A stretch of 62,225 nt of DNA, the filler included, from Bipalium vagum (lineage: Eukaryota): NCBI GenBank assembly GCA_037834085.1. It is 3 parts of 3 records of this genome, joined end to end, with 100 filler letters (N's around TTAATTAATTAA, not from the genome) between each part and the next. Parts side by side here need not be neighbours in the genome. Positions count along the whole stretch, not along the records: positions 1 to 18,614 come from JBBMKC010024309.1; positions 18,715 to 43,567 come from JBBMKC010198498.1; 1 more part is not named here. The stretch is one strand, 5' to 3'. Within the stretch, counting starts at the first letter, position 1. Each line of letters opens with the position of its first letter. The notes beneath the pieces were generated by a model that was not told the DNA's origin, did no database searches, and saw nothing but the letters and a program-made list of their open reading frames with translations. Of the stretch, positions 11,201 through 25,300 are shown one piece after another. Both the position numbers and the translations under genes were made by a program.

Positions 11201-14200
11201 TCTGTTTCTTCCCATGGTACAGTCTCATCGAATTCCACTAAATCAGCCTTATTCTCTGCCATGGTCATTCGTGCAGCCAATCGATCGTTTTCATCTTCCA
11301 CTGCTTCCAAGGCAGCCTCCAGTTGAGTTGGATCAATAACTTTGTTGCTATCGTCTTTTTCTTGTGAATCGCTGTTGCTGTTGCAGTTATTGTTATTGGT
11401 TTTAAAGTTGTATATCGCTTTATTGCCCTTGCAACGAATGGTCCTTCCACGGCTGGTTTTGTATGTCTTTAAAATGTCAACCGGTTCATCAACGGAGCTC
11501 TGGTTATCTAATCCGGTTGGCGTTTGGAATATGTCTTGCAATAAATTGGTTTTGAAATAGGACATGTTGAATTGACCACCCTCAATTGCCATTTCGTTGA
11601 GATGACGCTTTTCGTTGGCCTTTTTCAGAATGTTCTCCTCAATTGTCATTCTACTGATCAATCGATAAATGTGAACGTCTCTCGTTTGTCCAATACGATG
11701 ACATCTGAATTATAGATATAAATTTTGAATGGGGCTGCAAATAAAACAATGAAATCGAATAAAACCTGTCTTGAGCCTGAGCATCCATTGTTGGATTCCA
11801 ATCGGAATCATAAAATATCACAGTATCAGCACCGGTCAAATTCACTCCAACACCACCAGATCTAGTGGAAAGAATAAAAACAAATATCCTTTCATCTTTA
11901 TTGAATTGTTCCATCATTATTTGTCTCTGTTCGATTTTTGTTGTGCCTAAAACGTTAAATGATAAATTTATATGTAATCAACAATACAGGAAAAAATCGA
12001 ATTAATTAATAACCTAATTTTTAATTTTTAATTAAATCAATTAATAAACAAATACAAGATACAAAATATTGTTGTTATTCACTTATTATGCTTTCTTAAC
12101 CAAATTCAAAAAAATTGGAAAATATCATGCGAAACATATCGGAAATTGAAAGAAAATCTGTAATTTACCGTCTAGTCTGAGATACCTATAACCGTGATAT
12201 GAAAGAAACTGTTCCAGTATATCGAGCATTCTGGTCATTTGAGTAAATATTAAACACCGATGTCCTTCCATTTTCAATCTTTTCAAAAGTGATACCAAAA
12301 CTTGCAACTTGCCACAATCGTATTCAATGAGCCTTGTATCGGGAAATTGAACCAATTGGTTTTGTCTAATTTGGGACAAATTGACTAAAATAGACGAATT
12401 TGACTGACAATATAACGTTTCCGATTTCGATCGGAAATTTAACAATGTTCTTGATGAAGTGTTCAAATGAACTCCACATGACAAGACAGCCGGAATCACA
12501 AATGTCACCCTGACCGAAAATTATACATTAACATACACATCATTTATTACCTATTTATATTTTCCATATGTTCCTTAAGGAATTCCTCCAGCGTTTTTTG
12601 CTTCAAAATATTGAGCGTCATGCCTTTCAGACCGTTTTCTAACACGTTAACGGCATTCGTGACGTCGGGGCCAAATGATGTTAACTGCGCACATCTTATA
12701 ACGTTTCTACTTGCAATGGTACCCAACCTATCACAACGTTGCTGCTTTCTATTACTAATAATATGGGACGGTAACACGTCTTGGGTGGGAGACGAGACTT
12801 TTTTCACTTTGAGACTATAAATCAAAGGTCGAGGTAGCTTAACTGACTTGTCATCTCCGGATTCAGATTTTTTCAAAAAATCAATAAGATCTCGTGGAAT
12901 GAACGAAGAGTTCGATGGAGGATCGGTGAACTTTTCATTAAACTTTGAAACTGAACAATAGAAAAAAAATAAAAACAACAAATTTCCATAAAGCTGTTAC
13001 CCCAATCAGTAACGTGTATGTTGTCGATTTCTTCAATCAAATTTTTTTTACTAACCAGCCCCAAAATCCTTTCATTTACAAATTTCGGCAAGTTGAGAGC
13101 CAAATCAGCCAACCCTTCCGTTCCCACAGGCAGAACAGGCTTTCCATTGGTCAATCGATTTTCATAAATGCTATCAATCAATAAAATACGGGGAATGTTG
13201 TATTCGATCGATTCCTGATTCATGGAAAAGGGAGAGAGTGTTGGTCGATCTTCAAATAGATTTGGATGGTTACAAACTTTTCGAAGTTGCATCAAAATAC
13301 TGATGATATTCATAAACTGACCGCTGGACAGCATTTCCCTTGTGCTACAAAACGATAAAAATGTTGATGGTGACAAATTTTTTTCTTTGATGCGAAAACA
13401 ATACCTTGTCAGTGACATGTAGTCGTCATAGAGAAATCTTTGTCGTTTAGATAACGGACACATAATCAAGTGTTCTATTTTCTGTGGCATTTGCTTTTCC
13501 ACGTCTTTCTTCAGTCTTCGCAAAATAAATGGACGCAAAACTTTGTGAAGACGCATAACCAATTGCTCATTGTATTCGCTGCTGCCCTCAATCATTCCTA
13601 GAAACCGTTTTTATGTTATCGTTATCTTGATATTCAAAAATTGATTTCAAATAACAAACCCACCTGACAAAGGCGATCCAAACCATTCATTAAATTCCCG
13701 ATGTGATTGGAAAATATTCGGCATCAAGAAATGCATTAGTGACCACAGCTCCATTAAATTGTTCTGTAAAGGCGTACCGGTCAGCAACAAGCGCCGTTGA
13801 CTATTGAAGGTCAATAACGTTTGCCATCGTTGTGACTTGAAATTCTTTATATTTTGAGCCTAACATAGAGAGGAAACAAAAATAAGATTTTCTTCTTTCA
13901 AATTCATATTTTTACTTCATCGAGGATCATATATTTCCATTTCTTTCTCTTGAAAACCTGACAGTCTTGAATGGCTAGTTTGTATGAGGTTATACAAACA
14001 TGGAATGCGTTGGTCTTTGTCCACCCTTTCCGTTTTTCTTTTCGTTCTTTGAATGATCCGAAATAGGTGAGGATTTTGAATCCCGGACACCATTTTTTGA
14101 ACTCAATCTCCCAATTCAGAACCACACTTGTCGGAACGATAACAAGATGAGGACCCCATGTTCCCTTTTCGCACGATAAGTAGGCCAAAAGTGATATGGT

Positions 14201-16998
14201 TTGAATGGTTTTCCCCAGACCCATTTCGTCTGCCAGAACACCATTCAAACGCTTTTCATAAATTGCAGCCATCCAATCAAGACCGACGTGTTGGTATTCT
14301 CTTAATGGATATTTTAACAAGAAAGGAACTTGAACTTTTACATCAGCCGACTCTAAAGTAAACCCGGTCGGTTGAGTACTCATGGCTACTTCAGTGATCT
14401 CCTGGAATTGATCCTATCAAATATTGTACACACATATGCATATCACAAATCAGATATTGATTGTCACTAGATAATTCGAAAAAACAACAACCATTTGAAT
14501 AAATACTTTTTTTTCAATATTTCATTACTGGTGATGGAATTATTTAAAAAATTACCTAAAAACAAATAGAATCACAAAAATTACCTTGAATTGTGAGGAA
14601 TCTTCTTCTTTGATTTCTTCTTGTTCCACGTTAAATATCGTTTTTAGATCAACACTAGATTCGTCGGAACTGATCATGCTTTCATTGTCGGATAATTTGT
14701 CTCCATCTGATTCCAATAAGCGAGAACTGGCGAGGCTGTGATAATCACTCTTATCAACGCCCTCATTCTCTTCTTTCTCTTCTTCCTGATCCACATAATC
14801 AATATTGTTCCCATTATTCACACTTTCCGATGAGGAATGCATTTTTTTATACAACTGCAATAATTCTTCTATTGGAATTTCAGCATCGTTCATCAAAGAG
14901 TTTATCTCCATTTGATAAGATGACTTATTTTTAGCTTCAAATTTCTCTTGTTCGTTTATCGTATCCGATTCATCACCACTCATATTTTGCTCATCCATAT
15001 TACTGTTAACGTCAGCGTTAAGACAATATTCTTCTTCCTCATCACTCTCTTTCTCTTCTTTTTCAAATTCAATATCCTGATTTTTGGAGACTAATTTACC
15101 TTCAATCTGAACATTTTTGGATAATCAAAACGTAAAATCCTCTTGCAATAATACCTACCTGATCCTCTGACGATATATAAATGTTGTTGTTCACTTCAGT
15201 CATTGGTTTAAAGTAATCACTAGGTAATTCCTTGAGAATATCTTCCAATGACATTTTGTTCTGCAATTTCAAAGCCTCGATTTCTTCTTCGACATCATAA
15301 TTTAATTCTATTTCATCCTCAATCAAAGTGGCTTCGTCGTCGGTTATCTCGTCAATTATCTGATGCAAATAAAGATGTAAAAAGATATTTTTTGTTATGA
15401 TTTTCAATTGGACTTGTGAAGATTTAAATGACTTTATTTACAAAAGCAAATAAATAAATATTTGATAGAAATTAAAAATAAATTTAAATGGGACAATAGA
15501 GTATTAGTAACTTTTATAGCGAAAGATAACAAATAAATGAATATGAATACATATTTATTGTCAAAGGGAAAGGCAAATTGTGTGGAAAGAAATCTCATTG
15601 AGAATCTATGGGTACTGATAAAAATAGTTCACAAAGAAAACTAATGGAACTGGAAGATGCAATTAAATTTGTGTATTAACGAAATTTGATAAGAATTTCA
15701 TTCAAAACTTTCTTTTTTATCCATGTACATTGACTAAAGTGATTATTCCAAAGTGAGGAAGTTAATGTGTTAATTTATTACATTTTTTCATAAATCATTT
15801 TTATCAACTAATCGAGATCGTAATAATTTATATAATTTTGAAGCCAATATATCTATGAAAGATAAAATCTGCAACTTCAAGAAACCATTTATTAATTAGA
15901 AATTAAGATTATTGTATTAAACTGTGATTGAATATTTCATAAAAAAACGATTAATAACTGAAAATAATTACTTGGAAATCCGGATCATCGGTTGATGTGT
16001 CGTTATCGCCCGAATTGATGACTTTCAAGTCTTCTGTCAACCATTCAGTGTACTTTTTGGTAGTCTCAATCACCATGCCCAAATGGTCGTTAATAGCTTC
16101 TTGTCTCTTGGCATCTATACGAAACTTTTGTTTGGCGGAAACAATCTGAAAAAAAATGACAATGAATCAATAACCCATAAACTAAATACCTTTTGCATTT
16201 GCTTCCACCACTCTTTAACCATTCTAGAAATGATCAAACAATGTTTCCTGGCTCTAATATTCTCTTCTTTATTATTTTTTGTCATTTGTGCCTCTTTTTC
16301 TTTAATATATTTCGAGGCAGCAATGGCTATCTGTTAATTTACAAAATAATAGAATCATTAGTAATTGACTAATTTTATTACTTAATAAAATAAAATTAAT
16401 AATTTACTTTTTTAGCTTCGAGGCGATGATTTTGTCTAATATTCAACATGTTACCCTGAAGCCACTTCATTTCTTTAATTAATAAGTCCCAATGGAACAT
16501 TGGTTTCGATGGATCTGATTTTTTACTGAGCATTTTTAAGGACCATAAATTATTTTTCTTTAAATCTTCAACTCTGTTAAGAATACATCGTTCGGCACTT
16601 ACACGATTTATTATTTCATCAATTTCAAAATATTCTGGATCAGAATCATCGGAATCATCAATAAAGTACTTTTTTGAATTTTCATAATTATTTTCGATTT
16701 TGATATCTGTTGATTCAACATTTTCTTCGGTTGACGACTGCATGTCCTTGTAGAAAATGAATATTTGACCGCGTTGTAAATAATTTAATTCGTGAATAGA
16801 AGTTTCGTATTTTTTCTTAGATTCATCAATTTCATTATTAATGAGTGAAATAATATCTTTTTTATGTTTTTTGACAGAACTGGAAATTTTTGAAACAGAT
16901 CTTTTGGGGATTTTAAAGTTATTTTCGCATATTTTCCAGTTATTTATAGAATCTGATGATACACTACTTCTTGTACGAGATGAAATACAGTTTTCCAT
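8227..16998 (-). CDS. SRCAP: SRCAP/domino (SWR1/INO80-family Snf2 ATPase, H2A.Z exchange), ~22 exons, ~1,920 aa
   Basis: Exons 16998-16408, 16330-16190, 16145-15972, 15359-15159, 15076-14585, 14413-13916, 13859-13664, 13597-13405, 13344-13001, 12950-12551, 12509-12169, 11946-11766, 11704-11032, 10725-10360, 10285-10106, 10057-9962, 9336-9247, 9198-9118, 9066-8971, 8751-8662, 8628-8403, 8336-8227. HSA domain ([12 protein letters not shown]), QPTGFTL...[97 protein letters not shown], and C-terminal AT-hook-like motifs. The 3' low-complexity exons are less certain than the ATPase core. Confidence 0.93.
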
Positions 16999-18383
16999 CA
17001 AGGAATACTGTTTAATTTTCTTTTATTAATTAATAGGTTTATATATATAAATATATATTGAAAGAACTTTCAGATATACAAAATTATAAAATAAGTTCTA
17101 AAAATTTGAATTTTCAATTTTTTCAGTTTTTAAACAAATTTAAGGTTATTTCCAATATTTATTATTTCAAAAATATTATAAAACAAAATCTAATTACTAG
17201 AAATTTTGGACATTGTTCAATAAAAACTAAATTGTTATTTAAAGTCATTTTAATAAAATTTTATTGTTGTTTTTGAGTGTAATTATTTTAGTTTTCAATT
17301 TCAAAATTTGCAAATGTAAATATTTTGTCAACTTACATTTTCAGTATAGCTAATTAAATTCCAAAAAACAACATGAAAATGTAGATTATTATCTGACTTC
17401 AAATATCCAAATAAATTAAATTTAAAATTTCTAAAAAATATGTTTAATAACAAACAGTACTCAGTTGTTCATGGTTTTTCAAATCTGAAATATATCAACC
17501 TCCAGTTCTTGTGCAGAGCCACGATCCCCATGATAAAACCGATGGATATTAAGTTAATTATAAATTGAGCACCGATTATGAAAAAAGGTACAAGATTTTA
17601 TACTTATTAATAACAAAGAGATATCCTAAGAAACAGAAATTCTTTAATTCCAAATTTTTATCTTTATTAATTATTGATTAATCAAAATCAAATCAATATC
17701 TCATGAATATTATCAGAGGATTTACGAGGTGGAGAATTTGCTTAGTCATTGGAAAAGAATTTTTAGAATAGTAATACTTTATGAAATGATTCTGTTTATA
17801 ATTTTGAATTATATTGTTAATTTTGTGATATATTTTCTTTATGGTATTACAATGTTATAATCAAAGTTTATTATTGGAATCACTTTCCACATCCATTTCA
17901 CTGCAAAGAAAATTGTTTTGCAAGGTTCGCCACATTTCTGAATTTATGTTTCACATCAATTTTCTATAATTTATAAAATTTGTAAACAGCACTCCTCCTA
18001 ATCTAAGCGGTTACTTTCTCAGGATTGGCATTTTTTTACCTTCCATATAAATTTTTCCAACAATTGTTCTACCTTGACAATTCATTGTGTGATCATAAGT
18101 TGTTTCTGCTGATCACATTTTCCTCGTCATTTAAATCTTTCCTTTGATCTTTCTTACAATCATTCCGACAAAAAGATTCTTCTCTTCATTCAGTTTAAAC
18201 GTAATAATAATTAAAGTTTCTCCTACGTCCAGAGTTAAAATAAATGATCTTTTTTAAAAAGAAAATTTATTAACATCAAATCTCTACTCTAATTCTCATC
18301 TGCTTGTCGATATAATTTAGTTTATAAAAATAGTAATAGTACCGATCATATATTTTAACATTTTGTAGAGCTAGCTACTCAAA

Positions 18384-18429
18384 AACTGGGTACTGAACTG
18401 GATATTGAACTGGGTATTGAACTGGGTAT
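18384..18429. repeat. 12-bp minisatellite (AACTGGGTATTG) x ~4
   Basis: aactgggtactg aactggatattg aactgggtattg aactgggtat. Confidence 0.8.
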
Positions 18430-18538
18430 ATTAATATATGTACCATTCTTCATCTGTTGGTTTTGATTATCAATTGGATAAAAATATTAACTGTCAAGTG
18501 ATTTAGGTCAATTATAAATATTACTGTTATTTCAATGC

Positions 18539-18614
18539 TATTAGGTTGTCCCATATGAAATGTCCGATTACGTAATATACAATAAAAGCAATAAAAGTCC
18601 AATAAATTCAAATT
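18539..18614. mobile_element. Mariner terminal inverted repeat at contig end
   Basis: TA followed by TTAGGTTGTCCCATATGAAATGTCCGATT, a mariner-type TIR, directly before the N spacer. Confidence 0.6.
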
Positions 18615-18714
18615 NNNNNNNNNNNNNNNNNNNNNNNNNNNNNNNNNNNNNNNNNNNNTTAATTAATTAANNNNNNNNNNNNNNNNNNNNNNNNNNNNNN
18701 NNNNNNNNNNNNNN
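18615..18714. other. Artificial assembly spacer (44 N + TTAATTAATTAA + 44 N)
   Basis: Exactly 100 nt with a palindromic six-frame-stop core; identical to the second spacer. Confidence 0.97.
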
Positions 18715-18793
18715 ATGCCGGGTTTTTCCAAAAACAGTTAAAATTCCCGGGCTTCCTAAATTTTGCCGGTTGCCGGGAATTTTCCGAGGCCTA
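18715..18793. mobile_element. Possible DNA-transposon end (hAT-like), GC-rich with CCGG subterminal repeats
   Basis: Reverse complement begins TAGGCCTCGGAAAATTCCCGGCAACCGGC; repeated CCGG motifs in an otherwise very AT-rich background at a contig start. Confidence 0.3.
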
Positions 18794-19340
18794 ATGATGA
18801 GGCTAATCAGACCTTAGGGAAATTTAATTATATATTAAGTATATGTATCAGTAAAAACTTTAAAATGTATCTATGAATTTTTTAAAGTTAACTTATTTTT
18901 ATAATTAATAACATACTCAGGTCTGAGAAAAAAAGATTTAAATATTAATTATTTTATCACTTAATAAATTTATTCGAAATATGTATTGTCTTTTTGATAG
19001 TAAGCCAATTGATATTAACACATACTATACGTATAATCCATTGAACTTAAAGTACCAAATATTGGATTTTAATATTTAAAGGGTGGTGTTGCATTTTGTC
19101 GGGGTTCCTAATGAAATAATCTAGTTTTGATATTATTGGGATACGTGTTTAATCATGCATAACTATTATATCAAGCATAATATATCTCTATTAACGGCTA
19201 ATAAAAGTGACGTTTCTTTTTATTTTATACCTACTATGGATTCTAATAAATAATTATTTTTAAATTTGATGATTATATGTAAGTTTCTTATTTTTTCACA
19301 TTTTTAAATTCATATCTTAAATATGTCATTTTAAATGTAG

Positions 19341-22300
19341 AACACTTATTACAACCCATATGGAACCAACGTTTGCCAGGCAAGCTTTTCCGTGTTTTGA
19401 TGAACCCTTATTTAAAGCAAATTTTACTTTGAAAATAGTCAGAGATGAAAAACACTATTCCCTTTTTAATATGCCCTTAGTAAATATATTTTAGTAATAT
19501 AATATTACATCAATGTTAGAAATCAACAGAAAAACTTCAAAATGGATTGTATTGTGATTCCTATGAATATAGTGTAAGGATGAGTACATATCTTGTTGCA
19601 TATATGGTCTTACCCCTGGACTATGAATTCATTGATGGATATGTCTTAGACAGTCAAAAAAAGGTAAATATACTAACCTAAGTATATCAAGTTGGTGCAA
19701 ATTGTATTTTGTAATAATTTATATCAAATTATTTAATTTCATAAAGGATTTTAATTCAATCATATTTTGATCCAGATTTATTAGACCTACAAATAAATAA
19801 TGCGGTTCATTTAAAAAAGATTTAGTGAGATATCGAAATATAAATCATTTGTTTGGATAATATCTAATTAATAAGATAATCATTTCATGTTAATAATTTC
19901 AAAATTTTTAGATCTAAATATGTCAACATTTAAGCCAAACAAAAAATACTTGTGAAACGTTCTCATTCATTAATTCATGATAAACAAAACTACCGCATAA
20001 AGGTGTATGATATTATGCAATATTTATGGAAAACATGTATCATCTCAGGACAAATGCCAGTGTTGGTTTCACCCCTTCAGTAATAATTTCAGTTTAAAGG
20101 ATAAAGAACACCCAGGCCGCTCTTCCAAATTTGAAAACTACTATTTACAAAATTTATTGGATGCATGTTAATCGCAAAATAAACTTTCCATAAGATTACG
20201 AGTTACCCAAAAAAATAAGTGTGCGCTTACATTATATGGGTAACATTTTAAAGGAAGGAAAATGGGTACCTCATCAATTAAATGTAAGACAACTAGAAAA
20301 CTGAAAAGTATTCAGTGACATGCTCTTACAATGGCACAAAAGAAAGTATTTCTTCTACCGACTATTGACAGAAGATGAAAAAGACTATGAAAACTTTAAT
20401 AGTTAAACGTCTAAAATGGGTCAATAAACATGACAAAGTAATTCTTCTACATGACAACAATCACCATTATTTTGAATAAATTATTTTTTATTTTTGTTTC
20501 AAAATTAACATCCGCATTATTTAATTGTACCCGTAATAAATCTCGAAAGCAAGTATATATTATTTACTCTTTTTATTAATTTATGTGGTTAGTAACATAA
20601 TTTAACGTGGAAAAAATATAAATAATAAATCATTCTTGTATGAATTCAAATTAAGAACAAATTTTAAGTCATTGGCTAAAAGAAATCATTTGTGTAATTG
20701 ATTCTGGATGTCCCATTGAACTTAGTGTACAACATTAAGCATATTTTAATAATCATTCGTCAAGATTTGACAGAAACAGTGGTGTTCAGTATTCCTTCGA
20801 AAAAAGCCAATTGGAGAAAATACTCAAGGTTGAGGCAACAAAACCTGCTTAAGAATAGCAAAGGAACTAAGTTCCTCATGCACTGGGCTTATAGAAAATT
20901 CTTACTCGAAAAATGATAACTGACTATGACTAACCTGGTGTATCAAATTTTTCTAAAGTCTGGCAAAACTATCACCAGAGAGCTGACAAATGAAAGTAAT
21001 TCATGGACCATGAAGTAGGTAATAGAAAAAGGACAAGGTGCTTTAAAAACTAATTCCACTTTGAAACGGCACATTTTCGTTTCTTGCTCATGAAACAGCT
21101 TTTTGACTCAAAAGTATCAATAAACTTGTCACTTGATGACAAAAATTATTAAATCCACTCTCTTTTGTTTTGATTAATGAAGTTTATTTTTTATCCGATT
21201 TAAAAGGTTATTTTTAAAAAACGTTTATTTTATTTTTAAAAGAAGGTATTTTTTGAACTAACATATTATTAATTTTTGACACCATTACTCTTAGTCAATA
21301 AAAATAATATTTTATAATGATTTCATATTCTGTCTTTTGAATAAAGAAAAAATGAATGAACGATCAAAAATAGGAATGGATATCTACAGATATTTTAAAG
21401 ACTTAAATCGGTTATAAAGTGGATAGCGCCACGACAAAATTCAAAGAGTAAATTCAAGGTCTTGGAACATACAAGGTATTTTAAAAGTAACCCGGTGAGT
21501 TTAATTTACTAATTAATACTTTTATCAAGGTATTTTTTGAGATTTTTTTTCCATGGAATACATGAGAGGTTCCAAGTTATTATTCAGAAAGGAAAATATA
21601 CATCACTGAGTAAGATACAAATATAAGGAAGCACATAATTAAAATAACAAAACAATGCTAAAACAATGTACATACAACATTTTAAGATGATGTTCTTCCT
21701 GTTAAATGCACACATGCAATCGAGTCTCAAAATTATGAAACACATTCTGAAGCATATCACAAGAAATGCAAGCTATTTCATTAGTGATTTTTTCACATAA
21801 TATGGGAATAGTTAGAAACGGTGATAAAATTCTTTTCCATTAAGAATGCCCGAAAGGAAGAAATCCAAAGGAGTTAAATCAGCAGATCTCAGAGATAGTT
21901 ATTAAAGGCATTATTTTGAAATATTTAATAATCGATTTCAACTAATATTAAATTAATGTTTCCCAATAAATTTGTTTTCTTTTACTTAATACAAAGCACT
22001 TTTCTATTTGCACACCATACATCCACCCAAACTCTATGATAAATAGTTTTATTTTAATTAATATAAAACATTTGATTTCAAGATGTAAACTTTGTAGATC
22101 ATTATAAAATATTATATTATTATTTATTCGTCCATTTTCTCAAAGACTTTCTTTTTGACCAGATCAGAATATTTGCACCAAGAGATCACAAGTCTTATAC
22201 ATCTTTCGCTATGGAAGTTGCATTAAAGGTGTTACCATTCTTTGAAAATCTTTTCGGAATAAATTATCCACTTCCGAAATTAGGTAAAGTTTCATCATTT

Positions 22301-25300
22301 AATTTTTAAAATTTTAATTTAAAAAAGATAATTGATTTGATAAATAATTACAATATCGAATACTAAAAAAACTTGTTCTGCTTCATGGTACATATTCTCC
22401 AGGATAAGCATTTCGAAAAGAAGGAAGGCCTGAAAAAGCACTTGATAAACTTACTTAATTTCAAGTCTCTGGTATGGTTTGAAAATAGGAATAATACAAT
22501 TCAGAATGTTGGGCCATGACTGTGAAAAAGATCGATTTCATTTTAATTGCTTATTTTATGTTGTAAAAATACATTTTGTATTGAATTTTTAAAATTAAAA
22601 CTGTCATTTTTTATGTGGCATCATAATATTTATTTCAATTGAGTTTTTATTGTATTAAAAAAGTATCTTTTTTACTGAATATGTTTTCTTTTATCATATA
22701 TATTTTATTTTTCGACATTGTTGGTCAGAAAAATTATCTAAACATCTATTTCAATAACGCTTTTCTTTGGTCTCAAATATCGTACACAATCTACTTTTAT
22801 TTATTTCGACAATATTTCAACTAATGCATCTTTTGAAATTCGATATACACTACCGATCAAAAGTATTAGGTAGGTACTTGGATTTTTTCAATAACACAAA
22901 TAGAACAATTTGCTTATGACTTTGTTTTACAGTTAATTTATTTATAAAATTTAACAATACTTTTCATGTAGAAAAAAATATATATATATATAATATAATG
23001 TATTTATATATAATATAACATACATCAAAGTAGCCTCTATGAGTTTTAATAACAGATAAAGAAATTATCGGTGTACAATTGAGCAATTTCTGTAAAATTT
23101 CTGATATTATTGCAAGCCATTTTACCAGAAATATTTCCCAAAGACTCTTTGCTGAAGATGGCTGTTTTGCCAATTTTTCTGTCCAATTCAGCCCACAGTA
23201 ATTCAATAGGGTTAAGATCTGGCGATTGAGGCTATTCCACGACTTGGAAGATATTCTGCTGTTCTAACTCCTCCAAGTAGGCCTTGTATACTGTAATGCT
23301 ATACTATATATTTTATAGTATGCTTCGGATCATTGTCATATATATTTCTCTTGAAATAATCGTCTCCCGGGTGGCTAAACCATTTTTTTCCAAAATATCA
23401 TTATAAACTTCTTTTGTCATGGTTCCTTTCATTTTGTACAGTTGGATAAAATTTTCATCCCCAAAACATGACCAAAAATAATCTTAAAATATGTGAAGTG
23501 TCCATTGCACGCAGAAAGTGGATATTTTAATTTTCTGAGAAATTTTAACTTGAGAGTAACCCTCTTTGTGATAAATCAGAATTCATTCTATTTCTGTTAT
23601 TTTTAATTCTCTTATTTTGATCATTTTTCTATTAATATTTATATTTTTAGGGCAAATAAGGATAACTTACTTCGAAAAATGCACTTTACTAATTAAAATA
23701 AATCTATGTAATAAAACAATAAAATTTTTTTTAGTATTTGTAAGTCTTAAAATTAAATGAAACATAAAACAATATAAAACTGTAGTGTAATCTAAAAAAC
23801 ACTGCAAAAGTTAAGAAAGAATCTTATTTAAAATTTTGACATTCACACAACTTTTAGTTTCTGAAATCATTAACTTGTATCAAATTAAAAATTTCATTTG
23901 AGATTTGCAAAATAACATAAATAACAAGAGCATTTGTATAATTTAAATAAACTTTTCTTTAGAAGTAGTTTAAAAATATAAAATATCTATTTACATTTTA
24001 TTTATGATTATGCTTAACTCATTATTTTAAAACTAATCAATATAATATTAATTTAAATTTAATCATTACACTGTTTAGAAAATTAATATATTTACATCAA
24101 ATATTAATTTTATTAGGATATTTATATATTATATAATTTTTATTTATTAGACATGATAGCCATACCAGATTTTTCAGCAGGAGCAATGGAAAACTGGGGT
24201 TTGATAACATACCGGTTCTTCACTCTTCTTCTTAACCCAAAAAATGCCAAAGTTCAACATAAAACTGCAGTTGCCAAAATTATTTCACATGAAATAGCCC
24301 ATCAGGTAAATAATGATCTTAGTTTAGAAAATATTTTATAATCTTATTATTCATATATAACTAAATTAAAATACATTTAATAATAATGTTTTTGTAATTA
24401 TTGTTTAAATTTTCAATTCGAAATTTATCATACAATAAAATTATAAATTAGTATTCATATTTTATTCTATCAATACAATTAAAAATTATTGAAAAAAAAC
24501 AAAATTTGAATGCTTGTAAATACCATTAAATATAAAACTTAACTGTCTTAAAATAAATAAATAAATGAATTTTATTATAATTTTTAGTAATAAATTGAAT
24601 CACTATTATTAATTAATTTAAAACTCCTTGTTGATCAAAATTTCACCTAATAATAGAACCTGAGACATTTTTGTTCTTCGTGAAAGTTGATTTGTTTTCC
24701 TTTTGGAAAATTCAATTGCATTTTTTCAATCTTACTATTCAGTTTTCCTACTTTTGACAAGAAGGATCTGAACCTAGTTTCATTTAAGAGTGGTATTCCA
24801 AAGTATATAGTCCTTGTACGAGTACATCTACGACTAAATAGGGCTCCACTTTCTCGAGACTTTTGTCGATCGACATTCAGAAATGAAACACTTTCTATAA
24901 TAAGTTCAAATTTTTAATGTACTGTATTAATGGGGTTTCTTAAGGTTTTCAAAGGATCCTTAAATGAAATTTTTATTCTATTAAAGCATTTTAACCTCTG
25001 TTAACATGACATAGTGGTTTATGTAATCTTGCATTGTGTAATATGTGATCTATTTTATGTTAAGAACAAAACAATACCCCTATGCAAATGTGTTTCCTAT
25101 TGTTCTGTGTTCATTTCAACCATTTAGATTTTTATTTTGGAATGTAACAGTTGTAAGATTTACAGAAAATGGTTTCTTTCTCTTAGGAATTCATTCTTAA
25201 GAATGGTCATTAATGTGCATTTAGTCGAGTTTATCAATATCCACAGTAGACTCTTATTTTTCAAAGCCGGATCTTAAGTTGTTATAGTTGATTGTAATGA

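Noticed and set aside
18384-18429. Short direct repeats as a CRISPR-like array
   Set aside because: Head-to-tail 12-mers with no spacers, in a eukaryotic context.
18659-18670. TTAATTAATTAA palindrome as a biological motif
   Set aside because: Centred in fixed-length N runs twice; it is an assembly linker.
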